Position numbers and translations under genes: made by a program
NCBI GenBank assembly: GCA_965655095.1
Contig: OZ296657.1
Location: 26,040,001 to 26,104,000, forward strand
Direction of reading: 5' to 3'
DNA from: Haplodiscus bocki
Lineage: Eukaryota
DNA: 64,000 nt
Notes under the pieces: model-generated
The model's input: the letters and a program-made list of their open reading frames with translations, nothing else
The model's database searches: none
Told to the model about the DNA's origin: nothing
Shown here: positions 11,495 to 25,774 of the stretch, piece after piece
Numbering within the stretch: position 1 is the stretch's first letter
How the letters are laid out: each line of letters begins with the position of its first letter

Positions 11495-14400
11495 ACTGAT
11501 GGTTTAGTTAAGTCAGTCTTCTCAAAACACGAACGCTAACAAAAATTTGCTCACAACTCTCTCTTGTTCCTCTTCTTTTTAGTGTTCCTTCTTTCTTCTT
11601 AAAAGCTGCAACTTCTAAAAACCCAACGAAATTTAACAATTTTTTCTGACAGTTTTTAGTAGAACTAAAAGAAATTTTTGGCAATCTGTAAAAAAATAAC
11701 TTATTTTTTATACGTGTTTTTGGTAGTTTTTATTAAAACTCAAAAAGAGGCGCAAAAGCAGGTGCGGATTTTCCACGAAATTTGTTGCAATGAGTGGCTC
11801 CTATACGAATATGTGTCTTTTTTTAATCTAAACAAAGATGATTTATAGACTACATCAAATCTTTTATTCCTTAACTTCATCTTCATCGTCTGGTACCTTT
11901 CGAGTTAAATGTAATGGTAAAAACAATGCTGGACATGTTCGGTTTTTATCTAGTTTGAAAGTTTGTCTCAAAACTTTTCTCACTTGTCTGGTCGCGACTG
12001 TTAAATAAACCCTCTACCAGTTTTTAACTTCATATTACAGTTCTCCTCATAGTTTTTCTTCTACGTGGACTTTTCTTTGCAGTGAATTAATGCGGTATAA
12101 CAAATAAAACTGCAGAACAATTGTTTTTTTTTATTTTAGAAAACTCATCTGTGTTTTACAGGAAAATAAACATGGTTACTCCCACCTTTTGTTTCTCCTT
12201 CCTAAAGATTAAAGTTCATGCTACTCTGATGATCAAACATTCAACGTTACCTGGAGTGTGGCCTACTTTAAAAAAACAAATCACATTATGATTCAATTGT
12301 TTTTTCATCCATGTCTTATAAAGTAAATACTGGCGTATTTTTAACGTATTTTTGAAGCTACCTTTTTCGCTACAGCTGTTTCATTGCTATTATAATTGTA
12401 ATCTTCAAAACCAAATTACCAGAAAATATTCGAAATGTAAAGTGAGGTTGCTTTTTCAAATAAGCATAATTTGTACAAACTTTTTTAAGTAATGGATTGA
12501 CATCCCTTTCACTATTTTGATCCATGAATCTTTTGTAAATCAACAGAAGTACGATTGAAGCCTGGTGAAAAAGATCACGTTTTTGATGGTTGTTTTTCTT
12601 TTTGGGGAAATTTGGACAGAATTTTTTTATATTGCTGCCATTTTCTTTTTCGGGACTTTACATTTTGTTCATTCAAAAACTTTTTCGGGACCTGTTCTTT
12701 GCTTGCTGATTTTTTATGATGTGATTCCGAATATACATGTTCAGCGATTGTTTTTTCCTAACATGAATTTTCAACAGATCAGTAAGGATTTTTCACGCTG
12801 ACAAACGTTAGAATTTGTTTTCCGATAGCTAATATTTCTATCAAATCTTATCTGCTCGGACAATGTTACAGATTTTACATTTTGTGCTCTGAGGATTTGT
12901 TGCATACATCCATTTCATGGTGGTGTCTGTTGCTCACTCCATCAAATAAAAGTGAAATTATTATCCGAATTGGTTGCGAAGCTAACTGTTGGCAAATATG
13001 TTTTTTCTATTTCACTCAGCTATCATAGTTGTTCTAAAATAGTTAGGTTTTCAACTGTTTTATACGCCTACACTAGGCAGTGCAGCTAAAATTTCTAAGG
13101 CACATCCCCAAACCTCGAAAAGTGACTTGGATTCATTTAATTTTGAAAGTTCACCATCATAACTTTTTACTGTCCGTGATTTGCAAACAAACACTATGCT
13201 AATGAAGTTTTCAAAAGCAATTCAGGAGTTAAATCAGGTTCGCGTTTGAGAACCTAACATTTTGAAAGTCTTTGATGCAATATCTTCTAACTTAATGTTT
13301 TGTGAAAAAACAAAATAAACAACATGATTTTGCTTTAATTATTTTACCTGATTTTGATTAAATTTTTTTCTTCACATACCCAAAACCACGTCCAAGGGAA
13401 TTGCAAAAAAGTTGAAAGAATTATGCTTCAACCCTCCAACACAAAAAAATCTGTCCAAATCTCTAACTATGTTTCTATACACTCCAGATACATACACAAT
13501 TGCAAGTAAACGAACGTAATTGCAAAACCTTTAACGTTATCTTCAAGTTTTTCTACAAAACACCTGGTTTCCGGGCCTGCAAATGAGAGTTATACCAGAT
13601 GCAAAATGTTACAAAAAAACAGATTCTCACCAGTAGTCTTTTTCCGGAAAAAAGCCTAAATATACTATTTTTGTTTTCATTACCTTTAAATACATAAATT
13701 GGGATTTTCGGAACAAGGTTTTAAAAACAAACATTTCTCATTGTGTCAAAAGAATTTAGATGGCTTGGCCCCATGATTGAAATTGATTCCGTTTCGAATT
13801 TTTGTCACTACTACCGCCGGACCAAATCAATCTTGCCAGAAACACAGACGAATAAATGTTTTACCGTTTTGTGGAGTAAAAGACGGGAGTTTTTCTTTCA
13901 ATGCAACTGAGCGGGTTTGCATGGAAACGTAATGAGAGAGGGGAGAAGTTTCTTTGGACACCGATATCGGTAATTTCAAAGGCAATTGATTGATTTCTAA
14001 ATTGGGACATCGTGCCCTAAATACTGCTTCAGAAACGTTTCCATGATTGAGTTAATCTGCGTGGCTGATTGCTAAAGTTATTCGGAATTGTGCCTGCCTT
14101 TTTCACTTTTTTCTCTTCAGTTTGGTTTCAACTACAGGCCTCAAAACTAAATATGCATCATTGTTTTTGTCTAGTAGTTATAATAGTTCTGAGAAAAGTG
14201 TCAAATTTTCAAGCATCAAGATTTTATCATTTTCCTATTTGAATTCTGGAAGCAGTAATTTTTGATTGACTTAAAATTGTTCGATCTGAAAGCATCAGAA
14301 TAAACTATTGGACGCATTGACATTGACAAAAACAAGCACACTCAAAGTTTTTTAACGCTGTGATTACGCTTCAGTTTTTTCACGCTGTGGGAAAATTTGC

Positions 14401-16789
14401 TTAATTCTGTTTCGAAGTATTTTTTACTTTTCTGAATTCTCGCAGCTTAAAGTCTTGAGCCTTTCGCTCCAGTCTACTTCTTCTGAAACGCTGGAGTGGT
14501 TTGGCGACTTGAAGAAGCTGAACGCTTAAATGAACTGGATCATTCTTTCTGTCAAAAAACTTTCAATCTTTCTTGTTTATCATCCCTCGCTTCCCTCAGC
14601 TAGAGCGGGTATCACTGTTTACTCTAACATTTCAAGGACCTGTTGTACATTTCTTTTTCGTCGATTCATTTCGTATCCGTTTTTTGCGTTTTCTCGGTGT
14701 TGACTTTCTATCGCGTCAAGTTATTGTTGATTCACAAAATGCCACAAAGGGACCAACAAACACTCGAAAACAAAACTTTCGATCGTTTGGAAAGCATGCA
14801 GATTTTTGAAAGGATTAGGATTTTACTGAGTTGTCCCAATCCATAAAATTTTCATTTTAGGTTTTTAGCGTTTAATGCCCATCATCCTTGTTACTTATGT
14901 TTAATGCATCACAAACTCAAGCTAAGTAGATAAGTAGAGCCATTTCGGAATAAACAACTGAAATTTTTTACCGACTCGAAATAGCGCACAACGTAAAATT
15001 AAAATTTAGAAGGAAACCGTAAAAATGAAGTAAAACTAGTAAAAAAAACAATAAAATTTAGGTGAAATTGGTAAAAATAGTGCAAAATGTTGTAAAATCA
15101 TACAATATCGAGGGATACACAGGAAAATATAGTAGTCATACTATATGATGGTTATGCCGGTGGTGTGCTTTGCACACATCAATGGGGTTACACTGGAAAG
15201 TTGACCAAAAAACTCTTGTTTAAGGAAAGTATTTTTCAAAGAAGTATATTTTGGTAAAAGCTCTTTTGAAAGGTATCTTTTGAGAAAGTCGTATATGACA
15301 AATTTCCAATAAACTAGAATTCGTATTTTTATTTCTCTCCACTAACAAAAATTTATCACTTTTTTCCTCTTCGCCTAATAAAACTTCTTCACTTCAAATT
15401 TTGTTAATCTCAAAACCAAAAATTTATTCCACTTAGCCATGCACTTTTTACATAACAAGATTATATATTTCAACTTTACGGAACTTAAAAAAATCAAAAT
15501 TGAAACCTTCATTTGCACTTACTCTTCATCAATACATTGAATTTCGTTTCCATGATTGTTGAAATCAACCTTCATTAGCGTGAATTTTTACCTTTTTTCT
15601 CCATCTGTCTTTAATTTTAACTGATTCCAGTCTGTTACGAAGAACTTCTATTGTGTCTCCACTAAATCGGTTTTCCATCTTTTGCCCAGTTTCCTCCAAA
15701 AAGTTGATTCTTTCTTCCAGTAACAGTTTTCTTTTTTCTTTTCGCTGTTTCATGCTTTGCAAGTTTTTTCGTTCCTTCAAAAAAGACGAACGCGTTCTAT
15801 ATAGCTCTCATTATGCATTTGTAATCTTTGATGACAATATATTACGTAAAGTAGGACTTCTGTGTTTACGTCAAACAGACTAGTTTCATTTAAAACTATC
15901 GAGCTCCAAAAAACGTGAAGTTTTTACTTTTTTCTAGAATTTTTTTGACGCTTATCGGAATGCTTATTCAAGAATCCAGAGATTGAGGAATTGAGAGTTG
16001 TATATGAATTCAGATCTGTGGTCAAACGCGGCGGCCAAATAAACTGGAGGCAACAAAAACATCACTAAATAACTCTTTTCACCGCTTTTTTCTTCTTCGA
16101 AAGTCATCACTTCACGTGTTGGTGGTCGTATTGAAATGAAAATTAAATACACCTCCTGAGTTTTCATTTTCTAAGCCCTTGGAGGAGCAAACATTCCACT
16201 GAACAGCCGCTCACAAAGAACTTTTCAATGAGTGGTAACTTTTTTTCTTCTTTAAAATTTTTTCCGAAGCTTATTGCAATGTGAAATTTGGGAGATTGAG
16301 AAAAGACAACAACTTAGGAAAATGGGAAAGGAAACTTGATTGAGTATTGCAATATGTTGACTGCCACTTAGTTGTTCAAGGAAATCTCCATGAACACTTA
16401 CTCAATTGATGTCAAATAAGAAAAGTTGTCAAATAAGAAGTGTTGTAACCTGCATTAAAATGGAAATTCTATCGCTAGAAAAAAATTGAACAAATTGGGA
16501 CTTAGCATCGTTCCATGGTAATAAAAAAACTTACCGTCCTAACGTGGTATGATCAGAGGTTGGCGGCTTTGATTCTAATCAGCTCTTTAGTGTCTAGTTA
16601 GTCTACCCTGAAAGTTTTAGTATCATGTCTATCATAGTTCACGAGAAATGTAACCTTGAAATAGATCAAGGTTCAAAAAGTAATCAAAAACCAGTCAGGT
16701 GGATTTTTTTTCATTTCCCTTTCAGATTTTCCCACGGTGGAGTAGGTTAGAAAAATCAATGAACTTTTAAGCTACGCAAAAGTCTAATT

Positions 16790-17290
16790 TATTATGAGAA
16801 ACGTCTTGAAAAGGGCTATTCAATGGTAATTTTTTTGAAAACGTCAGTCGGAACTAATACCATCAAAAACCTTAAAAAAACCCTAAAACAAGCCCTCGAA
16901 CATGGAATGACATTCAATTTTTTTTTAATTTGGTGGAGTGTTATATATCGCTAGAAATGTCCTGAAAAAACCAATTTTTTAGTAATTTTTTCTGAAACGT
17001 TGGCTGAAACTTTCACCATCGAAAACCCAGAAAAAAACCTAAAACTAACCCTGGAACATGGTATGTCAACGAAAAACTTTCAAACAAGTGGGATGTTATA
17101 TATAAGTAGAAAAGTCTTGAAAAAAATCAATCTAAAAGTGAAAGTTTCTGAAACGCCGACTGGAACTATTATCATCAAAAATCCTAAAACTAATTCAAAT
17201 ATGGTAAATGAATGAAATTTTTTAGAAAAGATAAAGTGATATATACTGTTTAAAAAGATTTTGAAAAGGGCCTTTCAACATTAATAAAAT
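16790..17290 (+). repeat. About 3.3 diverged tandem copies of a ~155-bp unit in the terminal region
   Basis: Recurring GAAA.GTCTTGAAAA...GAAACG....GAAACT..CATC.AAAA...AACATGG; related arrays at 35490-35825, 38160-38520 and 51690-52030. Confidence 0.75.
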
Positions 17291-18059
17291 CTGAATCTTC
17301 GGCTGAAACAATATTTTTCATTGATTTTTATATTATAAATGAAGAATCCTGAAATATAAATTCTAAAAATGAACCGCTTTAATAGACGCTTGCTTGTTGT
17401 TTTTACTGATGAAAGAAAAGCAGTGAGTTCTAAAGCTCCCAACAGAGCTACAGGTTTTGATGGATTAACAAAAATTCTAACCATAAACTTTTTGAATGTC
17501 TTTTCTGCTAAAGAAAACAGAGAAGTATTTGGTTTGAAACAAAAGAAAAGGAAGATCTTCCTGTAGGAACAAACATTTTTTTCGTTCGATACTATTTCAA
17601 ACAAAGCTAAATTTAGAAAATGAAATTTTTATTAGAGTTATTGATATCCAGTTTTCCTTTATGTGTGGAGAAAAAGAGTTATTATATGATCTACCATAAA
17701 CGCGCACCTTATAGTTTAATCCACATCAAAGGAAAATCATGCAGCAGAAGATGTGTATGAATTTTTATTGAAAAACTTTGGAATTAAAAGGATATGACGA
17801 TGAGCTTGAAGGTCTTGATATGGCGTAAGATGCCGATTTTCTAAACTATAAAATCAATAATTAAGTCAACATAACTGACATGTAAGAGTTCAACTTTTAA
17901 ATTTTCAAGCGGATTCTCGAAATCAATTTCGTCCTCACAATATTTAAGGAGTTTTTCCAAACATTCTGAATATATTTGGAACGAGATGTCTTGTTCAATT
18001 TTCCGTTTCCTTTTCATTTTGATCTTCTTTTTATCTTAAGGAACGTAAAATTTATAGTC

Positions 18060-18430
18060 TATGAAAAAGATGATTTCCTCCTCATAAGCCACAGGATACG
18101 ATACACAGTTGTTGCCTCTTTTTGAACTGTTTTTTTTCTCATCATCTGTTGAGAAAAAAAATCATTGTGCCCAAAAAGAAAAGTTTTTTTCCCAAATCTA
18201 ATACAGTAGTCTTTGGTTTCCATCTCTCATGGGTTAGAGGTCCAGAGGATTTTGTCATTTCGTTAAACAATTATCACCCAACATGTTAGATTTAGAATTA
18301 ACAATAACAATTTAGTATGATAATTTATCTATTTGAAAGTAAGAAATTGCCACAATTCTTGGCGATGTTTCGCAAATTATAACTATATATTTTGATATTC
18401 AATTATACTGACCTAAATAGTATTTCTTTT
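18060..18430 (-). pseudogene. Homolog of the 58459-58977 gene
   Basis: EMTKSSGPLTHERWKPKTTVLDLGKK vs DMTEFSGAMDKEVFNGNTILLKIGKK. Confidence 0.5.
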
Positions 18431-18574
18431 ATTTATTTTAAAAAACGTAGAAGGTGAATTGAAAAGCGAACTTACTTCAAAAATTTATTGACTTTGTTGA
18501 CACCACCATGAAAAAAATAGGTACTTAAAAACATTTACTTTTTCTCAAAGTTTTATCTTTGTCTTTTTTACTAA

Positions 18575-19015
18575 ATGAATATTTTTTCATTAGAACTGAT
18601 CTCTAAAACGGAACAAATTGATGTTAATTTGATACCACGTCAAACTCAACTAGATTGAATGTCAGGTTTGTTGGAAAATAAATTTATAGACCAAAACTAA
18701 CACAAAAACAGATAGCAGAAGAATTAGGTTATTCTGATTCTGCATTAGAAAGGTATAGAAGTGACATGAAAGTGAAAAGTACTCATAGGTCCACTGAGAA
18801 TCACAGTGGACTCGAAAGAACTCAAAAGAGCACAGAAGAACCCTCCTAAGTGAATGAACCTCAGACTAAACCTGCTGAACCTATTACAAATACGGTCTCA
18901 GTGAGCCACACACGTTCTGTGAATAAGAAAAAAAAATTGGAAAGTGGACCTTTTGAGAGAAATCTTGGAAATGTTGAAATATATTTAGATGAAGTTGTTT
19001 ATTCAAATCAGATAA
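18575..19015 (+). pseudogene. Small helix-turn-helix DNA-binding protein remnant
   Basis: PKLTQKQIAEELGYSDSALERYRSD is a canonical HTH pattern. Confidence 0.7.
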
Positions 19016-20434
19016 AAGGGACTAGCAAGGCAAATTACTTCTAATGACAAAACTGTAATCAGTTAAACGGTACAGGTATTAAAAAATTTAACTCACAATC
19101 TTCAGTAACACTTGTTAAAACTACTTTTTTTTTCGATACCTGCCAATAAAAAGCTTTTGATTTGAGGGATGATGACATAGCAGAGTTAACCACAGAAAAC
19201 GAATCCCTAAAAGATTTAAAAAGTTCTCACTACGAAATTTGGTTGGAAGAATCTAACGCAAAGCTTTCAAACAGCCTGATGATGGGAAAAAAGCAAACAT
19301 AAGTATGGCAAGAGTGGAAAAACAATTGAATTAAATTACAAAAGGGTGTCTAAGACCAAATAAGTAATGAGTTAGGTTCCAATGCATGAATGTGGTTATA
19401 CGGGAGAATAGCTTTATTAAAATTAATTGAAAGGATGAAAAAAAAGCAGGAATATCAAGAAAAGCTATCTCATACTGAAGTAGAATCCCCTGAAAACGAT
19501 ATAAGAAATTATATGGTAGAATAACGTTTTTGGAAAAAAATATTAGCTTCTTTGGCAAACAATTAAAAAAAATGAAAACTTTGAAGGATGAAAACGATGT
19601 TTTAGAGAAGACAAAACACTTTCTATATGATAAAAGACCAATTGCTAATTTCGCAAAAAAAGATCAAGTTCTTGAAAATCATTTGAGGTTTATTGATTAT
19701 TATAGTTCAGAAAAATATTCAGAAGGAATCCTAAAAGTTGACACTGTTTCCTATATGTCAGATTGGGATTATGAAACGTCCAGTGAAAGTTTTTTGGCAG
19801 GGATTGCTTTTAAAAAAGTAGACTTGGTAGACATGAAACAAAGAATGAAATTAACAAAAGATGTGGTTTCTCGAATACTAAATCAACGAAAAACTATATT
19901 CAGACAAAATTTATGAAAAATGTTTCCACGAAAAACTAGAAAAAGTCATTAGTTCCAATAATTTTCTGAACATCATAAATCTAATTGCAAAGTTTTACGA
20001 AGAAAAACTTTAAAAACTTAAAAAGAAGTATAACAAACGTAAGAACCCATATAAAATTCCAAATACAATTGATTCTCCTTTTTTTTGGATCAAGAAGCAC
20101 CTCCACATCACTCAATGTAACTGGATTTCGATAAATTGTAGTACCAATAACAGCTGGTGTTGGATGCGGATTTTGAATTTCTATAAAACTAGCAAGTGAA
20201 GTTTTGAAGACAGATTTTGAGGAAAATGTATCAAAAATCATGAAGAAAATAAAAAAGATCGAGCGGACTATAAAAAGTTTTTTGCTATGAATAAACGGCA
20301 TAATAGCTTGGATGTAATTCACAAAACAATCTTGACACTGAGAAACATTCCTTTTTATGATAAGTTTTACAAGTGATAATATTTTTTATTTATATTAAAC
20401 GCTATTAAATTTAAAAAACAATTCATTTTTATCC

Positions 20435-21340
20435 ATGAAGCTTTACAAAGCAATTTTTATAGATATTCTACAATTTCTCCGGCGACGTTAAACAACAAAA
20501 AACAGTTTTGTTGATAAACATACCACGGAAAGATAGTTATATGTCCCTACAAAACAGTTACATTTTACTAGAGTTGGAGGTAACACAAAATAAAGCTACC
20601 GAAACCCAGTGTAATAATTTTATTGAAACCTACCTAAAAAACATAGGCCCAGTAGCTCTTTTTGGCGAAGCATAAATGTCAACAAGTTCTGAAAACAACA
20701 GACAAGTGGGAAAAAAGGAACTTCTTACAATAGAATACGATCATTTGATTGTTTTGGATTTGCTAACCAAAGTAAGATAACATACGACTTTGGATAAACT
20801 TTTATCCTAAAACGAGATGCAAAGAACAATGCCATAAACAGAGAAAATGGCCTTGGAGCAACAAAAGTTGTTACAAAATTCGTTGAATTGTTTTTCGAAA
20901 AATTACGTCCTAAACTTGATAATGAACAACAAAATGTAGATCAAAATTTTTCCTAAATAGACACAGAATTATAATATGAAGAACGGACTGTGTTTCAGAG
21001 AAGAGAATAAAAAGAGTTGGTAGTTGCAATTTCGAATTAGGAAGAGAAAGCAGAAAACATACACCAACTTGGATCATGATAGGATTTATGGAAAGCAATA
21101 AATTTGATTCTCAACTGCCTGATTATTTTGTTTTCGGTTGGTTACGTTTATCATCGGCTGTTTGTAGACTAGGCAATGGTAGATCTCCTGAAAATTATTT
21201 AGGTCTTGAATATACAGGAACTAATTTTCATGAATCTGTCTCTGGAGTATAATGTTTTTTCCCCAAACATGCTGAAGATAGGGTACAAAAATATTTTAGC
21301 TTATCTTCAGATGGAAAACGAATGTTTGACTGACCCTAAA
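20435..21340 (+). pseudogene. Major capsid protein remnant with internal deletions
   Basis: GPVALFGEA...IEYDHLIVLDLLT...ELGRESRKHTPTWIMIGF. Confidence 0.65.
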
Positions 21341-21579
21341 CGAAAAAAAAAATTTCCTAAATGAAAAAATTACGAAAAAGTCCTTAGTTGAATGAGAAAA
21401 ATCTTCTGAACAACTTAAGAAAAATTTTTATAATGACAATTTTTACTTTCACAAATAGGAAAACAAATGCTTTAGTTTATGTAAAAAGTGTATTAATGAA
21501 AATATCAAAGATCTAGATTGTGAAAATCTTTTTTTTTTGAACTTAGTCTAACTAATCAAAAAAATGATTTCATGCTAAC

Positions 21580-21800
21580 AATGTTGGCTGTCAACAGAGC
21601 GCAAATGTCAGCGAAGCTGATACTGAAGAAAGCGAAACTGATATTGTGAACAGAACTTTGATTGTAGGTCCATGTCTCTGTAGAAAGACTTTTTTTGGTG
21701 ATGATAAAATTCTTTTAAGTGAGTTCACTAGTCCAGATAGGCAAATAAAACAGTTAACAAGATATTCTTCTCAAAATCCAATATAGGAAACAACGGAAAG
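21580..21800 (+). pseudogene. Truncated ATPase N-terminus
   Basis: NRTLIVGPCLCRKT is a degenerate Walker A motif. Confidence 0.6.
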
Positions 21801-22934
21801 AAAGAACAATTAAACAAACTTGGATAATTGTTTTTCAGACTTAGTAAATAGTGAGTTATATTCCAGTGCACAAATATGGTTATACGGAGGAAATGCTACA
21901 AACAAAAGTATTGGAAGGGATGATAGAAAAGCAGCAATCTCATCAGAAGTTATCTCAGACAAAAAATGAATTGCATGAAAACGATTCAAGAAGACTGTAT
22001 GATAGAATCACTTAATTGGAAAAGAAAGTCAAAAATCAGCTCTTTTGACAAGAATTAAAAACCTGAAAACTTTGGAGAATAAAGAAAATATCCTAAAAAA
22101 AGACAATAGACTTTTTATATGATAAAGGACTATTTGATAGTTTCCCAGATAAAGACCAAGTGTTCGAAAGTTGTTTGAAATGCCATGATGACTGTCTCTT
22201 AAAAAAACATGGAGAAAAGTGTTTAAGAGGAGACATTGATTTCAATTTGTCTGATGTGGACTATGGAACTCCCAGAAGAAGTATTATCTAAGGATTAGTT
22301 CAGAAAAATTGGTCTCGTAGATTTAAAGCAAAGAAGGAATTTAACGAAAGATTAAAATTCAAGAACACGAAATCAACGAAAAATTAAACCCATACACTAA
22401 ACACGAAGAATTTTTTTTACAAAACCTTGAAGATGTTAGTAGTTTCGGGAATTCTACAAACAAAATAAATCAAAATTCAAGCTTCTTCCAAGAAGAATTT
22501 TAAAAAAAATTGAAAAGAGCTGTAACAAATTTAAAAACGTAAACAAAATTCTAAATATATTCGACTCTCCTATTTTTACAGGATCAACAAGCACTTCCTC
22601 AACAGTCAGTATAACTGGATTTAGATTAATAGTTTAACCAATATCAGCTGGTGTTGACTGCGGACTTGCAATTGCTGCCAAAATAGCAATTGAAGTTTTG
22701 ACGAATTCTTTTTCCGGAGAATGTATCAAAGAACTCAAGAAGAAAATAAAATAGATGAAGCTGAATATTGAAAACGTATTGGTATGTATAACCGGAAAAA
22801 TAGCTTCGGTGGCAATTCATAAAACAATCATGATACTGACAAACATTTTTCAATGATAAGTTTTCTAAGTGATATTATGTTATCTTCATAAAGAAACGCC
22901 ATTTATTTTAAAAACCAAAAAAAAATTATCCATA

Positions 22935-24146
22935 TAGTTTTTTGCAAAGCAGTTTTTTAAAGATATTCTCCCACTTCTCTAACAACGGTATTCAACAATC
23001 GCAAATTTCTTGATATGAATATACCACGCGAAGATAATTATGTTTCCCTACAAATCAACTACTTTTTACTAGAATTTGAGGTAACACAAAATGTAGCTGC
23101 TATCACCGAACCTGGTAAAATTATTGAAACTTAACAACTGAACTCAGGCCCATTAGCTCTTTTTAGCGAAGCACAAATTTCAGCAATTTCCGAAAACATC
23201 TTGAAAGTGTTGAGAATCTCCACAATGTGTTTTTTTGCACGAACTTTATGATCCCCTGCTAACACAACGGACTGATTTTATGTTTTCGATAAAAATTTAA
23301 CCCGTAGAAGAGAAGGATTAACAAAAAACAAATAAGTGGGGAAAAAAGGAATATTTACAAAAGAATACGAATATTTGATAGCTTTGGATTTGCTGACCAA
23401 GATTTGAAAACAACTGGCTGAGGATAAAATCGAACTCTGAAACGAGATACAAAGAAAAATGCCAAACACAGATATAAAGGCGTTGCGGCAGCAGAGCTTG
23501 GTGTAAAGATTATTTCATTTTATGTTCAGAATTTTACATCTCATCTTGGTATTCAGCAATTGGTTTCAGATCAAGAGTTATCAGAAAGACTCACAGAACT
23601 ATATTACGAAGAAACGAATAACGCACTGATTTCAGAGAAAACAATACAAAAAGCTGGTAGTTGCAAGTTCGAATTAAGAATAGAAAGCCGCAAAAAAACA
23701 GCAACCTGAATAACGGTAAGTTTTCTGGAAAGCAATGAATTTGATTCTCAACTTTAGATAATTCTGTTTTTGATTGGTTACCTTTATAATCTGCTGTATG
23801 TAGACTAGGCAGTGATAGATATCCTGTTATTTATTATAACCGTGATTATACAAGAACTAACTTATCTGAAACTTACCATGGAGTTTAAAGTTTTTTATTC
23901 TAAACATAGTGAAGATACGGCATCAGATTTTTTATAGACACAATTTCATTCAATAGAAACTAGAATTTTTTAGTATTTGATATTAGTAACCAAAAAGAAC
24001 ATATACCAGCACAACCAAGTTTTTTGGAAGAGTTTTTTTATGATAAATGAGATACTGGTGTCATTAATTATACAACATTTGCGCTAGTTTTAGCTAATGG
24101 GTTTAGCATATCTTCTGATGGAAAACGGATGTTTGATTTACCCTAA
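22935..24146 (+). pseudogene. Major capsid protein remnant, near full length
   Basis: IPREDNYVSLQINYFLLEFEV...GPLALFSEA...GSDRYP...VFDISNQKEH...FALVLA. Confidence 0.7.
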
Positions 24147-24369
24147 ACGAAAAACTTTTCTGCCAAAGGAAAAAGTTATGAAAAAGTCCTTATTTAAATA
24201 GAAAAAAGGTCTGAATCATTCATGAAAAGGTTTGATACTTTTAGTTTTTACTTTTGAAAAAACAAAATCAAATGTTTGTATATATAAGACTGTAATAATG
24301 AAAAAGTCAAAAGTCTAGTTTTTGAAAAATCTATTTTTATAAGCAGCCTAACTGCTCAAAAATCGATTT

Positions 24370-24997
24370 TATGCCATCAAAGTTGGCAGTAAACAAAGCG
24401 TACATGTCAGCGACGCTCATTCTAAAGGAAGCCATACTGAAAATGTGAACAGAACATTGGTTGTAGGTCCACGTTTTGTGGAAAGATTTACCGTATCATT
24501 GATAAAAACTTTTTAAATGAATTTAAAAATGAAAATAGGCAAAAAGAAATAAATGAAAGATACTTTTCTCATTATTCAAACGTTGAAACAACAGAAGAAG
24601 TTTTATCTATAGACAAAAACAAAGACTTTTGCGTTTTTTGATGAATTGTTAGATGTCAAACCATAACATTTTTCACCCTTTTTTACTCGTGTTAGGCATA
24701 AAAAGTTAGATGTGTATTTTTAACACAATGTTATTTTGAATGATTGTTTTTAAAATGAGATAAGACTCAAGTCATTAGTCCATTTAGGCAAACTGCAGAA
24801 TTAGTAAAGTGTTTGTTTATTGATTAAACAGGCTTTGATATGAGTTTTGAGGATTTCGAAGATTTATGTAGAGAAAGTTGGAAGGAAAAAATAGATATCT
24901 TAAGGTTAATAGATAGGATGATGAACAAAAATATTGTATTTGAAATGAAAGTGAAAAAGAACAGAACGTTTTCAAACCTGTGACTGATTGTTTTTAA
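24370..24997 (+). pseudogene. A32/FtsK-like packaging ATPase remnant
   Basis: NRTLVVGP.. (Walker A), FDELL (Walker B), PFFTRVRHKKLDVYF, GFDMSFEDFEDLCRESWK. Confidence 0.8.
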
Positions 24998-25774
24998 CCA
25001 ACTTCATAGGATTACTTCCGTTAAACAACCCTATTCCAAAGTTTTTTCGATTTTTGCTACTCTTTTTCATTAATTTTTTTAGGAATTTTTCCAGCCATTT
25101 TCTCCTGATGAAGTAGTCTTATTATACTCACTAATTCTTTAGGATTGGAGGAAGGAAAAGCTCTTTCTAATCCACTAGTTTCTTCTTTTCGCGCAGTTCG
25201 TAGAGCAACTGTCGGTTTACGTTTATCTGAATTTTCATCATCATGATTTTTATTATAATGTAAATCAATAGAAAATTGTAACAGTTAATTGTTTTGAGTA
25301 AACTGACTTTTTTCAAATTTTGTTTTTGATAAAAATAACTAAGATCAGATTTGTTGAAATCATTTTCATTTTTATTATCAGATGTTAAGGTTTTTCATTT
25401 TGTTATAACTTCTTGGGGATTTTTTTCGTTCGCATAAACTTATTACCAATAAGATGAGATAAAGTGAATTGACTGTTATTGGATGGTTAACAAGAGTTGT
25501 GGCTGTACTACTGTCTCTTGCAATCGATTTAAAAGAATCAGCTAAATTTTCTTTAGATCTTTGAGTTTTTTGTTGAAAATTTTCTACTCTTTTAAAGTTG
25601 GCTTTTCCTAATTTTTCATTTCTTATTCTTATTGATCTGGTTATGTCTTTTTGTTGAATAATTGAAGTTTTTTCCATATCATGATAAAAAGTTTTGATCG
25701 CTTAGTTTTTCTTCATTTTTTGTTTCATAGGTTCATCTTCAGTTTCAATATATATTTTTCATTTTCCAGAACTG

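Larger units (their letters stand above)
19315..24600 (+). repeat. Old diverged tandem duplication inside element A (19315-21800 vs 21800-24600)
   Basis: Same order twice: unknown gene, membrane protein, MCP, ATPase N-terminus; junction near 21797. Confidence 0.8.

Noticed and set aside
16790-17290. CRISPR-like array
   Set aside because: Long diverged tandem units without unique spacers; no cas genes; eukaryotic context
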